A stretch of 64,000 nucleotides of DNA from a bacterium (GTDB taxonomy: Bacteria; Cyanobacteriota; Vampirovibrionia; Gastranaerophilales; UBA9971), in the NCBI GenBank assembly GCA_037147175.1, contig JBAWVS010000006.1:657-64656 (forward strand), written 5' to 3'. Shown one piece after another: positions 1-9,062 of the stretch; the first letter of the stretch is position 1; the number at the start of each line of letters is the position of its first letter. The notes beneath the pieces were generated by a model. It was not told the DNA's origin and ran no database searches. It worked only from the letters and a program-made list of their open reading frames with translations. Both the position numbers and the translations under genes were made by a program.

Positions 1-1236
1 CCAACCGTTTACTCGTGTTTCAAATCTTTCAACAAGTCTATTATCATCTCTATGAGGTTTTGCAAGAGGTGATATGTCTCTCGGGTAGTCAATAATATGT
101 ACCGGCTGAATTAAATTAGGTTCAACTTTTATTTCAAAGACTTTATCAAGGATAACTCCCCATGTATCGCCTTCTTCAATTTCAGCACCAAGTTTTTTAG
201 CTTCTTCTGCCGCTTCAGGAACTGTAAGGAACTGGCTGAAGTCGACTTCAGTGAATTTTTTAACGGCACCTAGCATTGTCATTCTATCCCAAGGAGGTGT
301 TAAGTTGATTTCTCTGCCCTGATAATTTACAATCATTGTTCCAAGAACACTTTGCGCTACCGAACTTATTAAATTTTCAGTAAGCACCATCATTTCATTG
401 TAATCAACATAAGCCTGATACAATTCAAGCATTGTAAATTCGGGATTGTGTTTAGGAGAAATTCCTTCATTTCTAAAGCTTCTGTTAATTTCAAATATTT
501 TTTCGGACAAACCGCCTACCATAAGCCTTTTTAAGTATAATTCAGGGGCAATCCTAAGGAACATATCCATATCATGAGCATTATGAAATGTTTTAAAAGG
601 TCTTGCAGTAGCTCCGCCTGCTATAGTCTGAAGCATAGGAGTTTCTACTTCAAGAAATCCACGTTTTGTCAGATAATCACGAATTTCTTTCAGGATTAAA
701 CTTCTTTTCAAGAAAGTATCACGAACTTCTTCGTTCATAATCATATCTAAATAACGCTGCCTGTAGCGTGTTTCCACATCAGTAAGACCATGCCATTTTT
801 CGGGAAGCGGCAAAAGCGACTTGGAAAGAATTTTTAAATCGTTGACTTTTATACTTAATTCTCCGCGGGGAGTTCTTCTTACGTTGCCATGAACGCCAAT
901 AATATCGCCTACATCAAGAAGTTTAAGAAGCTTGATTTTTTCTTCATCAACATTTTCTTTATGTGTAAAAAGCTGGATTTTTCCTGAACTGTCAACGAGA
1001 TCTATAAACATTCCGCTGTTTCGCATTGCCATAACTCTTCCTGCAACGCTGTAAATCTCGGTATCTTCTCCTTCTGAAGGAAGCTCTTTATATTTTTCGT
1101 GCAACTGCGCAGCAGAAGCTGTTCTATCATAAGTATAAGGATAAGGATTTATGCCTTTGTCAACAAGATCATTTAATTTTTGGATTCTAGTGTTTCTAAG
1201 TGTTTCAAGACTGCTATGAGCAACTTTTTCAGTCAA
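1..1236 (-). CDS. lysS: Lysyl-tRNA synthetase, class II (partial; C-terminus lies beyond the window start)
   Basis: My own minus-strand translation gives FRNEGISPKHNPEFTMLEL (class II motif 2, from bases ~421-490) and an N-terminal OB-fold region (GRVMAMRNSGMFIDL). TTG start at 1236 is preceded by GGAGGT (reverse complement of 1241-1246). Absent from the ORF track because it runs off the edge. Confidence 0.85.
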   Translation of the reverse strand, partial: MTEKVAHSSLETLRNTRIQKLNDLVDKGINPYPYTYDRTASAAQLHEKYKELPSEGEDTEIYSVAGRVMAMRNSGMFIDLVDSSGKIQLFTHKENVDEEKIKLLKLLDVGDIIGVHGNVRRTPRGELSIKVNDLKILSKSLLPLPEKWHGLTDVETRYRQRYLDMIMNEEVRDTFLKRSLILKEIRDYLTKRGFLEVETPMLQTIAGGATARPFKTFHNAHDMDMFLRIAPELYLKRLMVGGLSEKIFEINRSFRNEGISPKHNPEFTMLELYQAYVDYNEMMVLTENLISSVAQSVLGTMIVNYQGREINLTPPWDRMTMLGAVKKFTEVDFSQFLTVPEAAEEAKKLGAEIEEGDTWGVILDKVFEIKVEPNLIQPVHIIDYPRDISPLAKPHRDDNRLVERFETRVNGW

Positions 1237-1460
1237 TTTGACCTCCAGATTTTTACATACTATACCAGTTTATTAAATTCTACCATTAAAATGATTTAAC
1301 AATAAGTTTTTTCAACAGGCTTAATTCTATCAGGCAATAAATAAACTCGATACTGTAATTTACTGAAAAAATTTAATACTGTAGTATTTAAGTTAGCTTT
1401 ATACCGCTCTAAAAAAGTAATCATACTAAATTGCCATCTATCAAGTAAAAACACAAAAAT

Positions 1461-1569
1461 GTCATTCTGAGGCAAAGCCAAATTTTCTTGAAAAGCAGCA
1501 CTCCTGAAAGTTATAGGCTTATAGACTTGATACTCAAAGGGACAGATGCTTCGTTTCACTCAGCATGAC
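1461..1569. repeat. Palindromic intergenic repeat, copy a (GTCATTCTGAGGCAAAGCC ... GCTTCGTTTCACTCAGCATGAC)
   Basis: The left arm and the reverse complement of the right arm both begin GTCAT(T/G)CTGAG. Same family as the copies at 6269, 25768 and 45260. Lies in the lysS/efflux divergent intergenic region. Confidence 0.8.
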
Positions 1570-1639
1570 AAAAAGAAAATCCTCTAAAGGGCGCGAATTG
1601 GTATCATTTTAGTACAGCAGTTAAAATTAATCGAAAAAT

Positions 1640-2950
1640 ATGAAAAAAAAACGAAAAATAGGCTATATAACAGCGGCAGTTTTATTAATTCTGTTTATAT
1701 TGTGGTTCATTTTTGACGGAGTTCCTGTTGAAGCTTATAAAGTAGTTTCTAAAGATGCTATAAAAGCCGTGGCAGTAACAGGAACTGTAAAATCATTGGA
1801 AGATGTCCTTGTTACAACAAATATAATCGGAAATATTGAAAAATTTTATGTAAAAGAAGGTGATTACGTAAAAAAAGATCAACTAATAGCAACTTTAGTG
1901 AGAAAACAGCAAACAGGAAGTCTTATATCTGCTAAAGGCAGGTTAGATACGGCTTATTGGGATCTCGAAGATTTGCTCACAGAACCGCGTAAACAGGAAG
2001 TTGAAATAGCAAAATCCGAAGTGAATAAAGTAGTACAGAAATCTTTAGTTTTAAAATATACTCTTAATAGAAATAAAATTGACCTTTCTGATGCAAAGAT
2101 TGATGAAGACAGGTATAAAATACTTGAAAAGGCTGGTGCTGTCAGCAAAAGAGAATTAGAACAAAAAACTTTAAGAAGAAAAGAATTAGAAACCTCAATA
2201 GGTGAAACTCAGGAACAAATTAATTCAGCATTTGGTGAATTAAACCAGGCAAAAGAAAAATTAAGCCTTACAATTCAAAAAATAAAGATGCAGCAAATTG
2301 AAGCAGCAAAAGGAAGATTAAAATCCGCCGAGGGAGATATTATTTTTTCGGAAGGCGACCTTGAAAATTATATAATAACAGCGCCCGTTTCAGGGATTAT
2401 TACCGACAAAATTCTTCACACTGGTGATATTGCTTCACCAACTTCTCCAATAGCAAGACTTGTCGTACCTAACCTGATATATTTGGGTATGGAAGTTGAA
2501 GAAAAAGAACTGCCCTTTATAAAAAAAGGACAAAAAGCCCTCGTTGTATTTGATGCTTATCCTGATGATGTTTTTGAGTGTTTTGTAACAAAAATACAAA
2601 AACAGGTAAATCCATTCACAGGAACTTTTGAAACAAGGCTCAGCAGACCTAAAAAAAATATCCGTCTTGATGTCGGAATGACTTTAGACGCATCAATAAT
2701 CACCGCTAAATATAAAAATGTCACAGTTATACCAACAGATTTTGTCACCCAAAAAGACAATGAAGCTTATGTATTCACAAAATTTGGTTTTTGGGCGAGA
2801 AAAACTTATATAAAAACTGATAATTTTGATAATAACAGAACGAAAATACTCGGTGGTCTTAAAAGTGGGAATATTATTCTTAAAAGCATCGAGAAAAATA
2901 AATTAAAAAACAATAATCATATAAAAATTATGGATTATTACAAACTATGA
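1640..2950 (+). CDS. HlyD-family periplasmic adaptor (membrane fusion protein) of a DevB/MacA-type ABC efflux system
   Basis: N-terminal TM anchor, long coiled-coil middle and beta-barrel C-terminal region. ATGA overlap with the downstream FtsX-type permease. Confidence 0.75.
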   Translation: MKKKRKIGYITAAVLLILFILWFIFDGVPVEAYKVVSKDAIKAVAVTGTVKSLEDVLVTTNIIGNIEKFYVKEGDYVKKDQLIATLVRKQQTGSLISAKGRLDTAYWDLEDLLTEPRKQEVEIAKSEVNKVVQKSLVLKYTLNRNKIDLSDAKIDEDRYKILEKAGAVSKRELEQKTLRRKELETSIGETQEQINSAFGELNQAKEKLSLTIQKIKMQQIEAAKGRLKSAEGDIIFSEGDLENYIITAPVSGIITDKILHTGDIASPTSPIARLVVPNLIYLGMEVEEKELPFIKKGQKALVVFDAYPDDVFECFVTKIQKQVNPFTGTFETRLSRPKKNIRLDVGMTLDASIITAKYKNVTVIPTDFVTQKDNEAYVFTKFGFWARKTYIKTDNFDNNRTKILGGLKSGNIILKSIEKNKLKNNNHIKIMDYYKL

Positions 2951-4188
2951 AATTTTATGAATTATTTATAGCTCTCAGGTACATAAAAGCTAATTTAAAG
3001 CAGTCAATAATAATTGTAACGGCTATTAGTATAGGTGTTGCCATTATTATTTGGATTCCGTCAATTAATTTGTCTTTTATGGAGGATTTAATAAACAGAA
3101 CAGTTTCAAGTGCTCCTAATATTACAATACAAAAAGAATTAGATACCTTTAAAACAAATAAAACCTTATTTGCCCAAAAATTTAAAGATGAGAATCTTTT
3201 GCTTTCAGATCAGGTTTTAACCAGAAAAAGAAAAATAAAATCTTACAAAAACATAATTGAACAGCTTAAAAATATTCAACAAATAGCAGCGATGGCTCCT
3301 TTTACGGAAGGCGAAGTTTTTATAATCAGAGGCGGAGAGGAAAGAGGGGTTGTATTAAGAGGAATTGTTCCTGAAGAGTTAAAAATCGTAGATATTGAAA
3401 AAGATATTATTAAAGGAAGAATAAAAAATCTGAGCATTAACGAGATTGTTCTCGGAAATATTTTTGCCCAAAAAATGAAAGTTGGCATTGGAAAACGCAT
3501 TAAAGCTACAGGACCGACAGGAGAAAGTAAAAGTCTTAAAGTGGTAGGGATTTTTTCAACAGGGTTGAGATCTAAAGATGAAGACCTTGCGTATGTAAAC
3601 TTGAAATCCGGTCAACAGTTGTTAAATATAAAAAATGACGTAACAGGAATAGGAATAAAAGTTAAAGATATCTACAAAGCTGAAGAAACAGCAAGGTTAA
3701 TAGAAAAAATAACGGGACTTTACGTCACAAGCTGGATGGAAGACAACAAACAAATCCTTGATCAGTTGAACAGATTTAAATTAATAATATTATTTATTAA
3801 TTTTCTTATAATATTTTCTGCTGCTACAAGCATTACAAGCGTTTTTATAATGCTTATAGCTTCAAAAGCAAAAGAAATAGGGATTTTAAAATCAATGGGT
3901 GCTGAAAATATATCCATAATGGCGATTTTTATGGTGCAAGCTTTATCATTAAGTATTCTTGGGTACTTTTTAGGTCTTTTAGGAGCTAAAATATTGATTA
4001 TTTGGTATTCAAAACTAATTGAGTCTGCAGGAGAAACTGTTTTTACTTCACAAGTTCCTGTATTCAATTTAAACATAAGTTATGCAATACTGGCTTTTTT
4101 CTATTCGGTCTTTACAAGTATAATGGCAAGCATTTTGCCTTCTTATCAAGCTGCCAAGTTGCGTCCTGTGGAGGCAATAAATGGTTGA
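2947..4188 (+). CDS. ABC transporter permease, FtsX/MacB/DevC type
   Basis: TM1, then a large periplasmic domain, then three C-terminal TM helices (FtsX-like). Overlaps both neighbours, consistent with an operon. Confidence 0.8.
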   Translation: MKFYELFIALRYIKANLKQSIIIVTAISIGVAIIIWIPSINLSFMEDLINRTVSSAPNITIQKELDTFKTNKTLFAQKFKDENLLLSDQVLTRKRKIKSYKNIIEQLKNIQQIAAMAPFTEGEVFIIRGGEERGVVLRGIVPEELKIVDIEKDIIKGRIKNLSINEIVLGNIFAQKMKVGIGKRIKATGPTGESKSLKVVGIFSTGLRSKDEDLAYVNLKSGQQLLNIKNDVTGIGIKVKDIYKAEETARLIEKITGLYVTSWMEDNKQILDQLNRFKLIILFINFLIIFSAATSITSVFIMLIASKAKEIGILKSMGAENISIMAIFMVQALSLSILGYFLGLLGAKILIIWYSKLIESAGETVFTSQVPVFNLNISYAILAFFYSVFTSIMASILPSYQAAKLRPVEAING

Positions 4189-4873
4189 AGCAGAAAATGA
4201 ACTACTCTTAGAGCTAAAGAACATAAATAAAATTTATCAGGGAATACAACCAGTACATGCCCTTACTGAAATAAATTTAACTATACAAAAAGGAGAATTT
4301 ATTGCAGTAGTAGGCCCCAGCGGTTCAGGTAAAAGCACTTTGATGAATGTTTTAGGTCTTTTAGATAAACCTACTTCGGGAAGACTTTACTATTTGGGGA
4401 ATGAAACTTCAAAATGGAATGAGAAACAAAAAGCAATATTCAGAAACAAAGAAATTGGATTTATATTTCAGGCGCATCTTTTGCTTCCTGAGTTTACAGC
4501 ACTGGAAAATGTTTTAATGCCCGCGTATATAGCAAGACAAATCAATAATTCTCTGGAAAAAAGAGCAAAAGAAATTTTAACTATTGTAGGGCTGGGTGAT
4601 AAATTTAATGTTAAGCCGACAAATCTTTCCGGTGGACAAAATCAACGTATTGCAATAGCGAGAGCATTAATGAACCAACCTTCGGTAGTTTTTGCAGACG
4701 AACCGACAGGCGCACTTGATCAAAAGACAGGTAACGATATTTATAATTTATTTAGAAAAATAAACGCTGAAGAAAACATGACTTTTATAATTGTTACGCA
4801 TGAAAGAAATTTTGCTCAAAAAGCCGACAGGATAATAGAAATAGTCGACGGAAAAATAGTTAATAAAGAATAA
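4181..4873 (+). CDS. ABC transporter ATP-binding protein (DevA/LolD/MacB NBD type)
   Basis: Walker A GPSGSGKST, ABC signature LSGGQNQRIAIARAL, Walker B VVFADEPTGALD. Confidence 0.9.
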   Translation: MVEAENELLLELKNINKIYQGIQPVHALTEINLTIQKGEFIAVVGPSGSGKSTLMNVLGLLDKPTSGRLYYLGNETSKWNEKQKAIFRNKEIGFIFQAHLLLPEFTALENVLMPAYIARQINNSLEKRAKEILTIVGLGDKFNVKPTNLSGGQNQRIAIARALMNQPSVVFADEPTGALDQKTGNDIYNLFRKINAEENMTFIIVTHERNFAQKADRIIEIVDGKIVNKE

Positions 4874-5019
4874 AAAAAATACTTTGTAACTTCATGTAAC
4901 AAGTAATAAGGATTTTTGAAATCAGAGGATTGTTTTTGTTTTTATTAATATAGAGAACGATAACCCTATTTGATTTTAAGTGTGTGTAGTCGATGTATGT
5001 GCTGTGGAGGTATATAAAC

Positions 5020-5223
5020 ATGTCATTACTTAACCCTATTAGTTCTGTAGGTTCAAAACCATCACGCCTTCCTGAAAGTACGGGCGTCTTGGGATTCCAG
5101 ACATCTCCTATTTTTACCGCGTCAATCTTTAGCAGTCCAGGTATTTCTAAAGGCGGTACAGAAACTACCGGAGTAAACTCGTTTAGTTCCAGTTCCGGAT
5201 CCAGTTTAAATGTCGTAACTTAA
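5020..5223 (+). CDS. Small Ser/Gly/Thr-rich hypothetical protein (67 aa)
   Basis: GGAGG lies 9 nt upstream of the ATG at 5020; the track ORF starts 27 nt earlier at 4993. N-terminus is MSLLNPISSVGS. Ends at a shared bidirectional terminator. No recognisable domain. Confidence 0.55.
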   Translation: MSLLNPISSVGSKPSRLPESTGVLGFQTSPIFTASIFSSPGISKGGTETTGVNSFSSSSGSSLNVVT

Positions 5224-5242
5224 AAAATTAAATAATATAAAC

Positions 5243-5276
5243 AAAAAAAGAACCTGCTGTAGACAGGTTCTTTTTT
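5243..5276. terminator. Bidirectional intrinsic terminator
   Basis: A-run, then GAACCTG (5250-5256), 7-nt loop, CAGGTTC (5264-5270), then T-run. Sits between two convergent genes. Confidence 0.8.
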
Positions 5277-5291
5277 CTAAAAGTAAACTTA

Positions 5292-5888
5292 TTATTTTTT
5301 AGATGATTTAGTTGCTGTTTTATGACTTGAAGCTGATTTAGTTGAAGATGCTTTTGATGTTGAAGACGATTTATGTTTTGATGATGATTTATTAGTTTTA
5401 TCTGTTGATGATTTATGGGTTTCACTACTTTTATCCGTTGAATCTGATTTATGAGTTTTGTTTTTTGAATCGGTTGAGTCTGATTTATGACCTTTATGAG
5501 ATTTATCAGTTGAATCGGTACTACCTGAAGAACTAGAGCTGCCGGCACTATCTGTACTGCCGGTGCTACCAGTATTACCTGAACTACCGGTACTGCCACC
5601 TGATGAATCAGATCCGCCGCTGCCACCGGATTGTTGTCCACCCATTAATTGTTGTAACATTTGCATAAGCATTTGCATTATTGAACTTGAGTCTTGACCG
5701 TCTTGACCGCCTAAACTTTTTAAAAGAGAAGCCAAGTCTTGATTTTTATTACCTGAAGTACTAGAAGCAGGATTTTGTGAAGAGAAAATGCTTTGACCTT
5801 GGAACTGTTGACCATAATTAACTTGTTGTCCTGAATTTTGTGGCTGTAATGGTAAGAAGTTGCTTGGGTTAATAGAATTAATTGACAT
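5292..5888 (-). CDS. Low-complexity Gln/Gly/Ser-rich protein with a Lys/Ser/His/Thr-rich repetitive C-terminal tail (198 aa)
   Basis: AAGGAG lies 9 nt upstream of the second ATG (5888; track start is 5906). N-terminus is MSINSINPSNF. Contains MQMLMQMLQQLMGG, a GSGGS tract, and imperfect HKSDSTD(S/K) repeats. Confidence 0.65.
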   Translation of the reverse strand: MSINSINPSNFLPLQPQNSGQQVNYGQQFQGQSIFSSQNPASSTSGNKNQDLASLLKSLGGQDGQDSSSIMQMLMQMLQQLMGGQQSGGSGGSDSSGGSTGSSGNTGSTGSTDSAGSSSSSGSTDSTDKSHKGHKSDSTDSKNKTHKSDSTDKSSETHKSSTDKTNKSSSKHKSSSTSKASSTKSASSHKTATKSSKK

Positions 5889-6268
5889 GTGTGTGTTCTC
5901 CTTCATTTTTTATAACTACAGTTTTATAACCTTTTTGGTTTATTTTGTTTTTATTTGGTTATATATATATTAAAAAAAATGCGGCTACAAAAGTGCTATT
6001 TTTTATATAACAAATAAATAATAAAGCTTTATTTTGGTAATAAAAAATCACAGAGTTGGAAATAACAGGCATTTCCTGCTCTTTACAAAATTTAACAAAT
6101 TAAACCGATTTTTATAAATTACCAAGCGTCTTTTTCATGTTATCAAGGCAAAGCCTTGATAAAACTCGCAAAATTAGCGCTAATATGTGTTTATCTTGTG
6201 TTTTTCTGCTGATTTTGCCGAAACCATGCCAAATTCTAAATAACTCAAATTGCTAAATCGCCAAAATC

Positions 6269-6349
6269 ATCATTGCGAGCATAGCGAAGCAATCTATAAA
6301 AAATAAAATGGATTGCCGCGTCGAGTCTAAAGCCTCTCCTCGCAATGAC
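6269..6349. repeat. Palindromic intergenic repeat, copy b (ATCATTGCGAGCATAGCGAAGCAATC ... GATTGCCGCG..CTCCTCGCAATGAC)
   Basis: Both arms start (G/A)TCATTGCGAG and end GCAATC when read inward. Intergenic. Confidence 0.8.
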
Positions 6350-6406
6350 GCGTAAGTTTGTTTAGAGTTAAATAGTAAGAAGCATGAAAATTTTTTGCAT
6401 GTTCAA

Positions 6407-6441
6407 TAGAAGCTGTTCTGACAAAATCAAAACAAACTTCT
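6407..6441 (+). repeat. 35-nt conserved intergenic motif, copy A (TAGAAGCTGTTCTGACAAAATCAAAACAAACTTCT)
   Basis: 27/35 identical to copy B at 9237. It is followed by TATATCTTAATTTTTA (6464-6479), which matches 9271-9286 at 15/16. Confidence 0.6.
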
Positions 6442-6476
6442 TAAAACAAGCCTTTAAAGCTTCTATATCTTAATTT

Positions 6477-7529
6477 TTAATATTTTTCTTCAATACACTT
6501 CAAATTATTACATTTTCGGAAACTTTCTCCTGGTTTTCCGAACATAAGCCGCATGAGCAAAAATCTTTGGCTCATCATCTCGTTAAAACTATTTCCTATA
6601 CAATCATATTTATTAATAGTTCTGTCTGTATCCCCGAGAGTTTTTTTAATTAAGCAGCTCAAGTCCCCTTTATCAAGTCTTTCCGCAAAATTCCCCGTTC
6701 CCTCTGCTGCTTTAATTAAGCCTTCTTGAAATTTACAATTACCTGTGACCTTGTCTACATCAACAGAAATTTTATTTATATTAGAGACTATAGATCCAAT
6801 TTTTGCAGAATTTTTCGGTATGTAAGCTGCTGAAGATTTTATATTTTGTTGCAGTTCAGGTGAAGTAGAAATATTTTTTATCGAGACACTTGCCGTATGA
6901 AAATTACTTGCACTTAAAGCCGCCTCGCTGATAATTTTTTTGAAATCACCGCGGTTGGAAGATAATATTTCATCGAGATGTTTAAATACTTGTTCTGCCT
7001 TTTTAGTTGCAGCAGCGGTATTTATGGTTGTCTTGCCAACTGCTTTAATTGTCCTGTTAACTGTTCCTTCTTTAACAGCTATACTTATTGCTTTTGCCAA
7101 TAATTCCATATCAGAAAGTTTTCCTTCTATAATATCGCCATTCTTAAGAATTTTTTCAGACGGATTATCAGGGTATAAAATTTCCAGATAATTTTGACCT
7201 GTAATGCCGGTCGTTTTAATTTCCGCATAAACATTATTAGGTACATCTATATGTTTTTTATATATTGAAACCGCGACCAGGGTATATCTAAAATCCTTGG
7301 AAAAGTCAGTACCGTCGATTTTTCCAATATTAACACCATGATAATACACAGGAATACCTTTGGGGATTGGTCCGCACTCTGCAAATTTTACTGTAATTGC
7401 TTTTTCGGGGACAAATGAAAAAAATCTGAGCCATAAAATTGAAAATATTAACAGCACTAAAGTAAAGATTATAAAAATTCCTGCTTTAAACAAAATGGCT
7501 TCATTCTCTGATTTTCTTTTCGTAGTCAA
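6477..7529 (-). CDS. mlaD: MlaD/MCE-domain protein (outer-membrane lipid asymmetry / TGD2-like substrate-binding component)
   Basis: N-terminal TM followed by an MCE domain (GIPVYYHGVNIGKIDG ...). Last gene of the permease-ATPase-MCE operon. Confidence 0.75.
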   Translation of the reverse strand: MTTKRKSENEAILFKAGIFIIFTLVLLIFSILWLRFFSFVPEKAITVKFAECGPIPKGIPVYYHGVNIGKIDGTDFSKDFRYTLVAVSIYKKHIDVPNNVYAEIKTTGITGQNYLEILYPDNPSEKILKNGDIIEGKLSDMELLAKAISIAVKEGTVNRTIKAVGKTTINTAAATKKAEQVFKHLDEILSSNRGDFKKIISEAALSASNFHTASVSIKNISTSPELQQNIKSSAAYIPKNSAKIGSIVSNINKISVDVDKVTGNCKFQEGLIKAAEGTGNFAERLDKGDLSCLIKKTLGDTDRTINKYDCIGNSFNEMMSQRFLLMRLMFGKPGESFRKCNNLKCIEEKY

Positions 7530-7582
7530 TTTTCTTCACCTTTTATATTGATTTAAGACTTCAATGTTGTCAGAAAATTAAT

Positions 7583-8314
7583 TTAATCTGAATTTAACAG
7601 ATCTTCAATAGAGCATCTCTCCCTAAAACTTCTTGGATAAGGAGATTCATCTGTCATAAAGTTTTCTATCACTCCTTCCCAACGTATTTTTCCATCATAA
7701 AGAACTAGTACTCTGTCTGAAACTTTTTTGATGGTTTCGAGATCATGCGTAACAACTACTGAGGTAACTCCTGTTTTGTCACGAAGTTTAAGCATATCAT
7801 TTTCGAGTTTTGATGCTGTTCCAGGGTCAAGACCAGTACTTGGCTCATCATAAAGGATTATTTCCGGCGAAACTGCAAGCGCTCTGGCTATACTTATCCT
7901 TTTTTGCATCCCGCCTGAAAGTTCATCAGGATACATATTTTCCGTATAAGAAAGCGAAACCATTTCAAGAGCTTCTTTTACTTTTTTATTTATTTTTTTT
8001 TTATTTAAATTTGTTGTTTCTTCAAGAGCCAGTGCTAAGTTATTCCAGATGGTCATGGAATTAAAAAGTGCGCTTTTTTGAAAAGCCATTCCAAGTCTTT
8101 GGGCGTTAACTTTTATTTCTCCCGAGTCAATTTGAATAATTTTGCCTAAAATTTTCAAAATTGTACTTTTCCCTGAGCCTGAAGGTCCTGCTATAGTAAC
8201 GATTTCTCCGGGATATATATCAAAAGAAAGATCTTTTAATATATGTACCTCTTTAAAAGAAACACTGACGTTTCTAAAACTTACTATAGATTCTTTTTTA
8301 TCAATGTTATTCAT
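7583..8314 (-). CDS. mlaF: ABC transporter ATP-binding protein, MlaF type
   Basis: Walker A GPSGSGKST, signature LSGGMQKRISIARAL, Walker B ILYDEPSTGLD. Flanked by the MlaE and MlaD homologues. Confidence 0.85.
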   Translation of the reverse strand: MNNIDKKESIVSFRNVSVSFKEVHILKDLSFDIYPGEIVTIAGPSGSGKSTILKILGKIIQIDSGEIKVNAQRLGMAFQKSALFNSMTIWNNLALALEETTNLNKKKINKKVKEALEMVSLSYTENMYPDELSGGMQKRISIARALAVSPEIILYDEPSTGLDPGTASKLENDMLKLRDKTGVTSVVVTHDLETIKKVSDRVLVLYDGKIRWEGVIENFMTDESPYPRSFRERCSIEDLLNSD

Positions 8315-8315
8315 C

Positions 8316-9062
8316 TTAAAGCCTAAAGAAATAAGAACTTAGGAAATAATTAAAAATGAAAATGAGAATGTAATTCCAAACAACAGTTTTTGTGGCTGCG
8401 TCACCCACAGCTTCTGCTCCTCCTCTAACTTGAAGCCCTGTAGTAGTTGCAACAATCGCTATTGTTATTCCGTAAATACCGGCTTTTAATAACATTACAA
8501 AAACATCATGAGTTGTGTTGGTTAATCTTACTGATTCCAGATAAGTATCATAACTAAGATTGACTACTGAATTTGCAAGAATCATTCCGGCAAAAATACA
8601 CAGAATAGTCGATAATGAACATAATAAAGGTGTAATTATCCCTGCTGCTAAAAGTCTTGGGACTACTATATATCTTACCGGATCTATTCCAAAAACGATA
8701 AGTGCATCGATTTGCTCAGATGCTTTCATACTGCCTATTTCTGCAGAAATAGCAGAACCTACTCTTGCTGATACTACTATGGCGGAAAGTATAGGCCCCA
8801 ATTCTCTTATTGCAGAAGTTGAAACAATTCCGCCTACAAAACGTTCAGCTCCAAAAAGCTCTAACTGGGTTAAGAGCTGCAAAGTCAAAACGAGTCCTAC
8901 AAAACTTGCTGTTATTGCTGCAAGAAACAACGAGCCGATTCCTGTTTTAACTATTTGCACTGCGACTTCTTTCCATTTGATTTTCCCTCTGGAAATATAC
9001 CAGAGGGCTTTTGACAGGTTTATGCCCGCTTCTCCTATTTGTTCTAACGATTCTCTATACAT
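8316..9062 (-). CDS. mlaE: ABC transporter permease, MlaE type
   Basis: Polytopic membrane protein of about 250 aa with MlaE-like conserved stretches (REL(G)PILSAIVVSARVGSA, EIGSMKASEQIDAL). Confidence 0.8.
   Translation of the reverse strand: MYRESLEQIGEAGINLSKALWYISRGKIKWKEVAVQIVKTGIGSLFLAAITASFVGLVLTLQLLTQLELFGAERFVGGIVSTSAIRELGPILSAIVVSARVGSAISAEIGSMKASEQIDALIVFGIDPVRYIVVPRLLAAGIITPLLCSLSTILCIFAGMILANSVVNLSYDTYLESVRLTNTTHDVFVMLLKAGIYGITIAIVATTTGLQVRGGAEAVGDAATKTVVWNYILIFIFNYFLSSYFFRL

Noticed and set aside
1296-1559. 87-aa ORF on the minus strand between lysS and the efflux operon.
   Set aside because: It is generated largely by reading through palindromic repeat copy a (1461-1569). It has no RBS, and its composition is typical of translated repeat or AT-rich spacer. 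It is most likely not a gene.
5020-5223. Small peptide next to an HlyD/ABC exporter as a bacteriocin or RiPP precursor.
   Set aside because: The ABC ATPase has no C39 peptidase domain. No modification enzymes are nearby. There is no double-glycine leader in a plausible position, and no Cys residues for lanthionine or disulfide chemistry.
5228-5641. 137-aa ORF overlapping the low-complexity gene in another frame.
   Set aside because: It is an alternative frame of a repetitive Ser/Gly/Lys-coding region. The frame with the strong RBS (5292-5888) explains the region.
5292-5888. Possible harpin or T3SS-substrate identity of the Gln/Gly/Ser-rich protein.
   Set aside because: The resemblance is compositional only: a glycine-rich sequence with an MQ(M/L)L helix. 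No secretion-system genes are in the window, and low-complexity similarity is not evidence of homology. It is kept only as a speculative comment.
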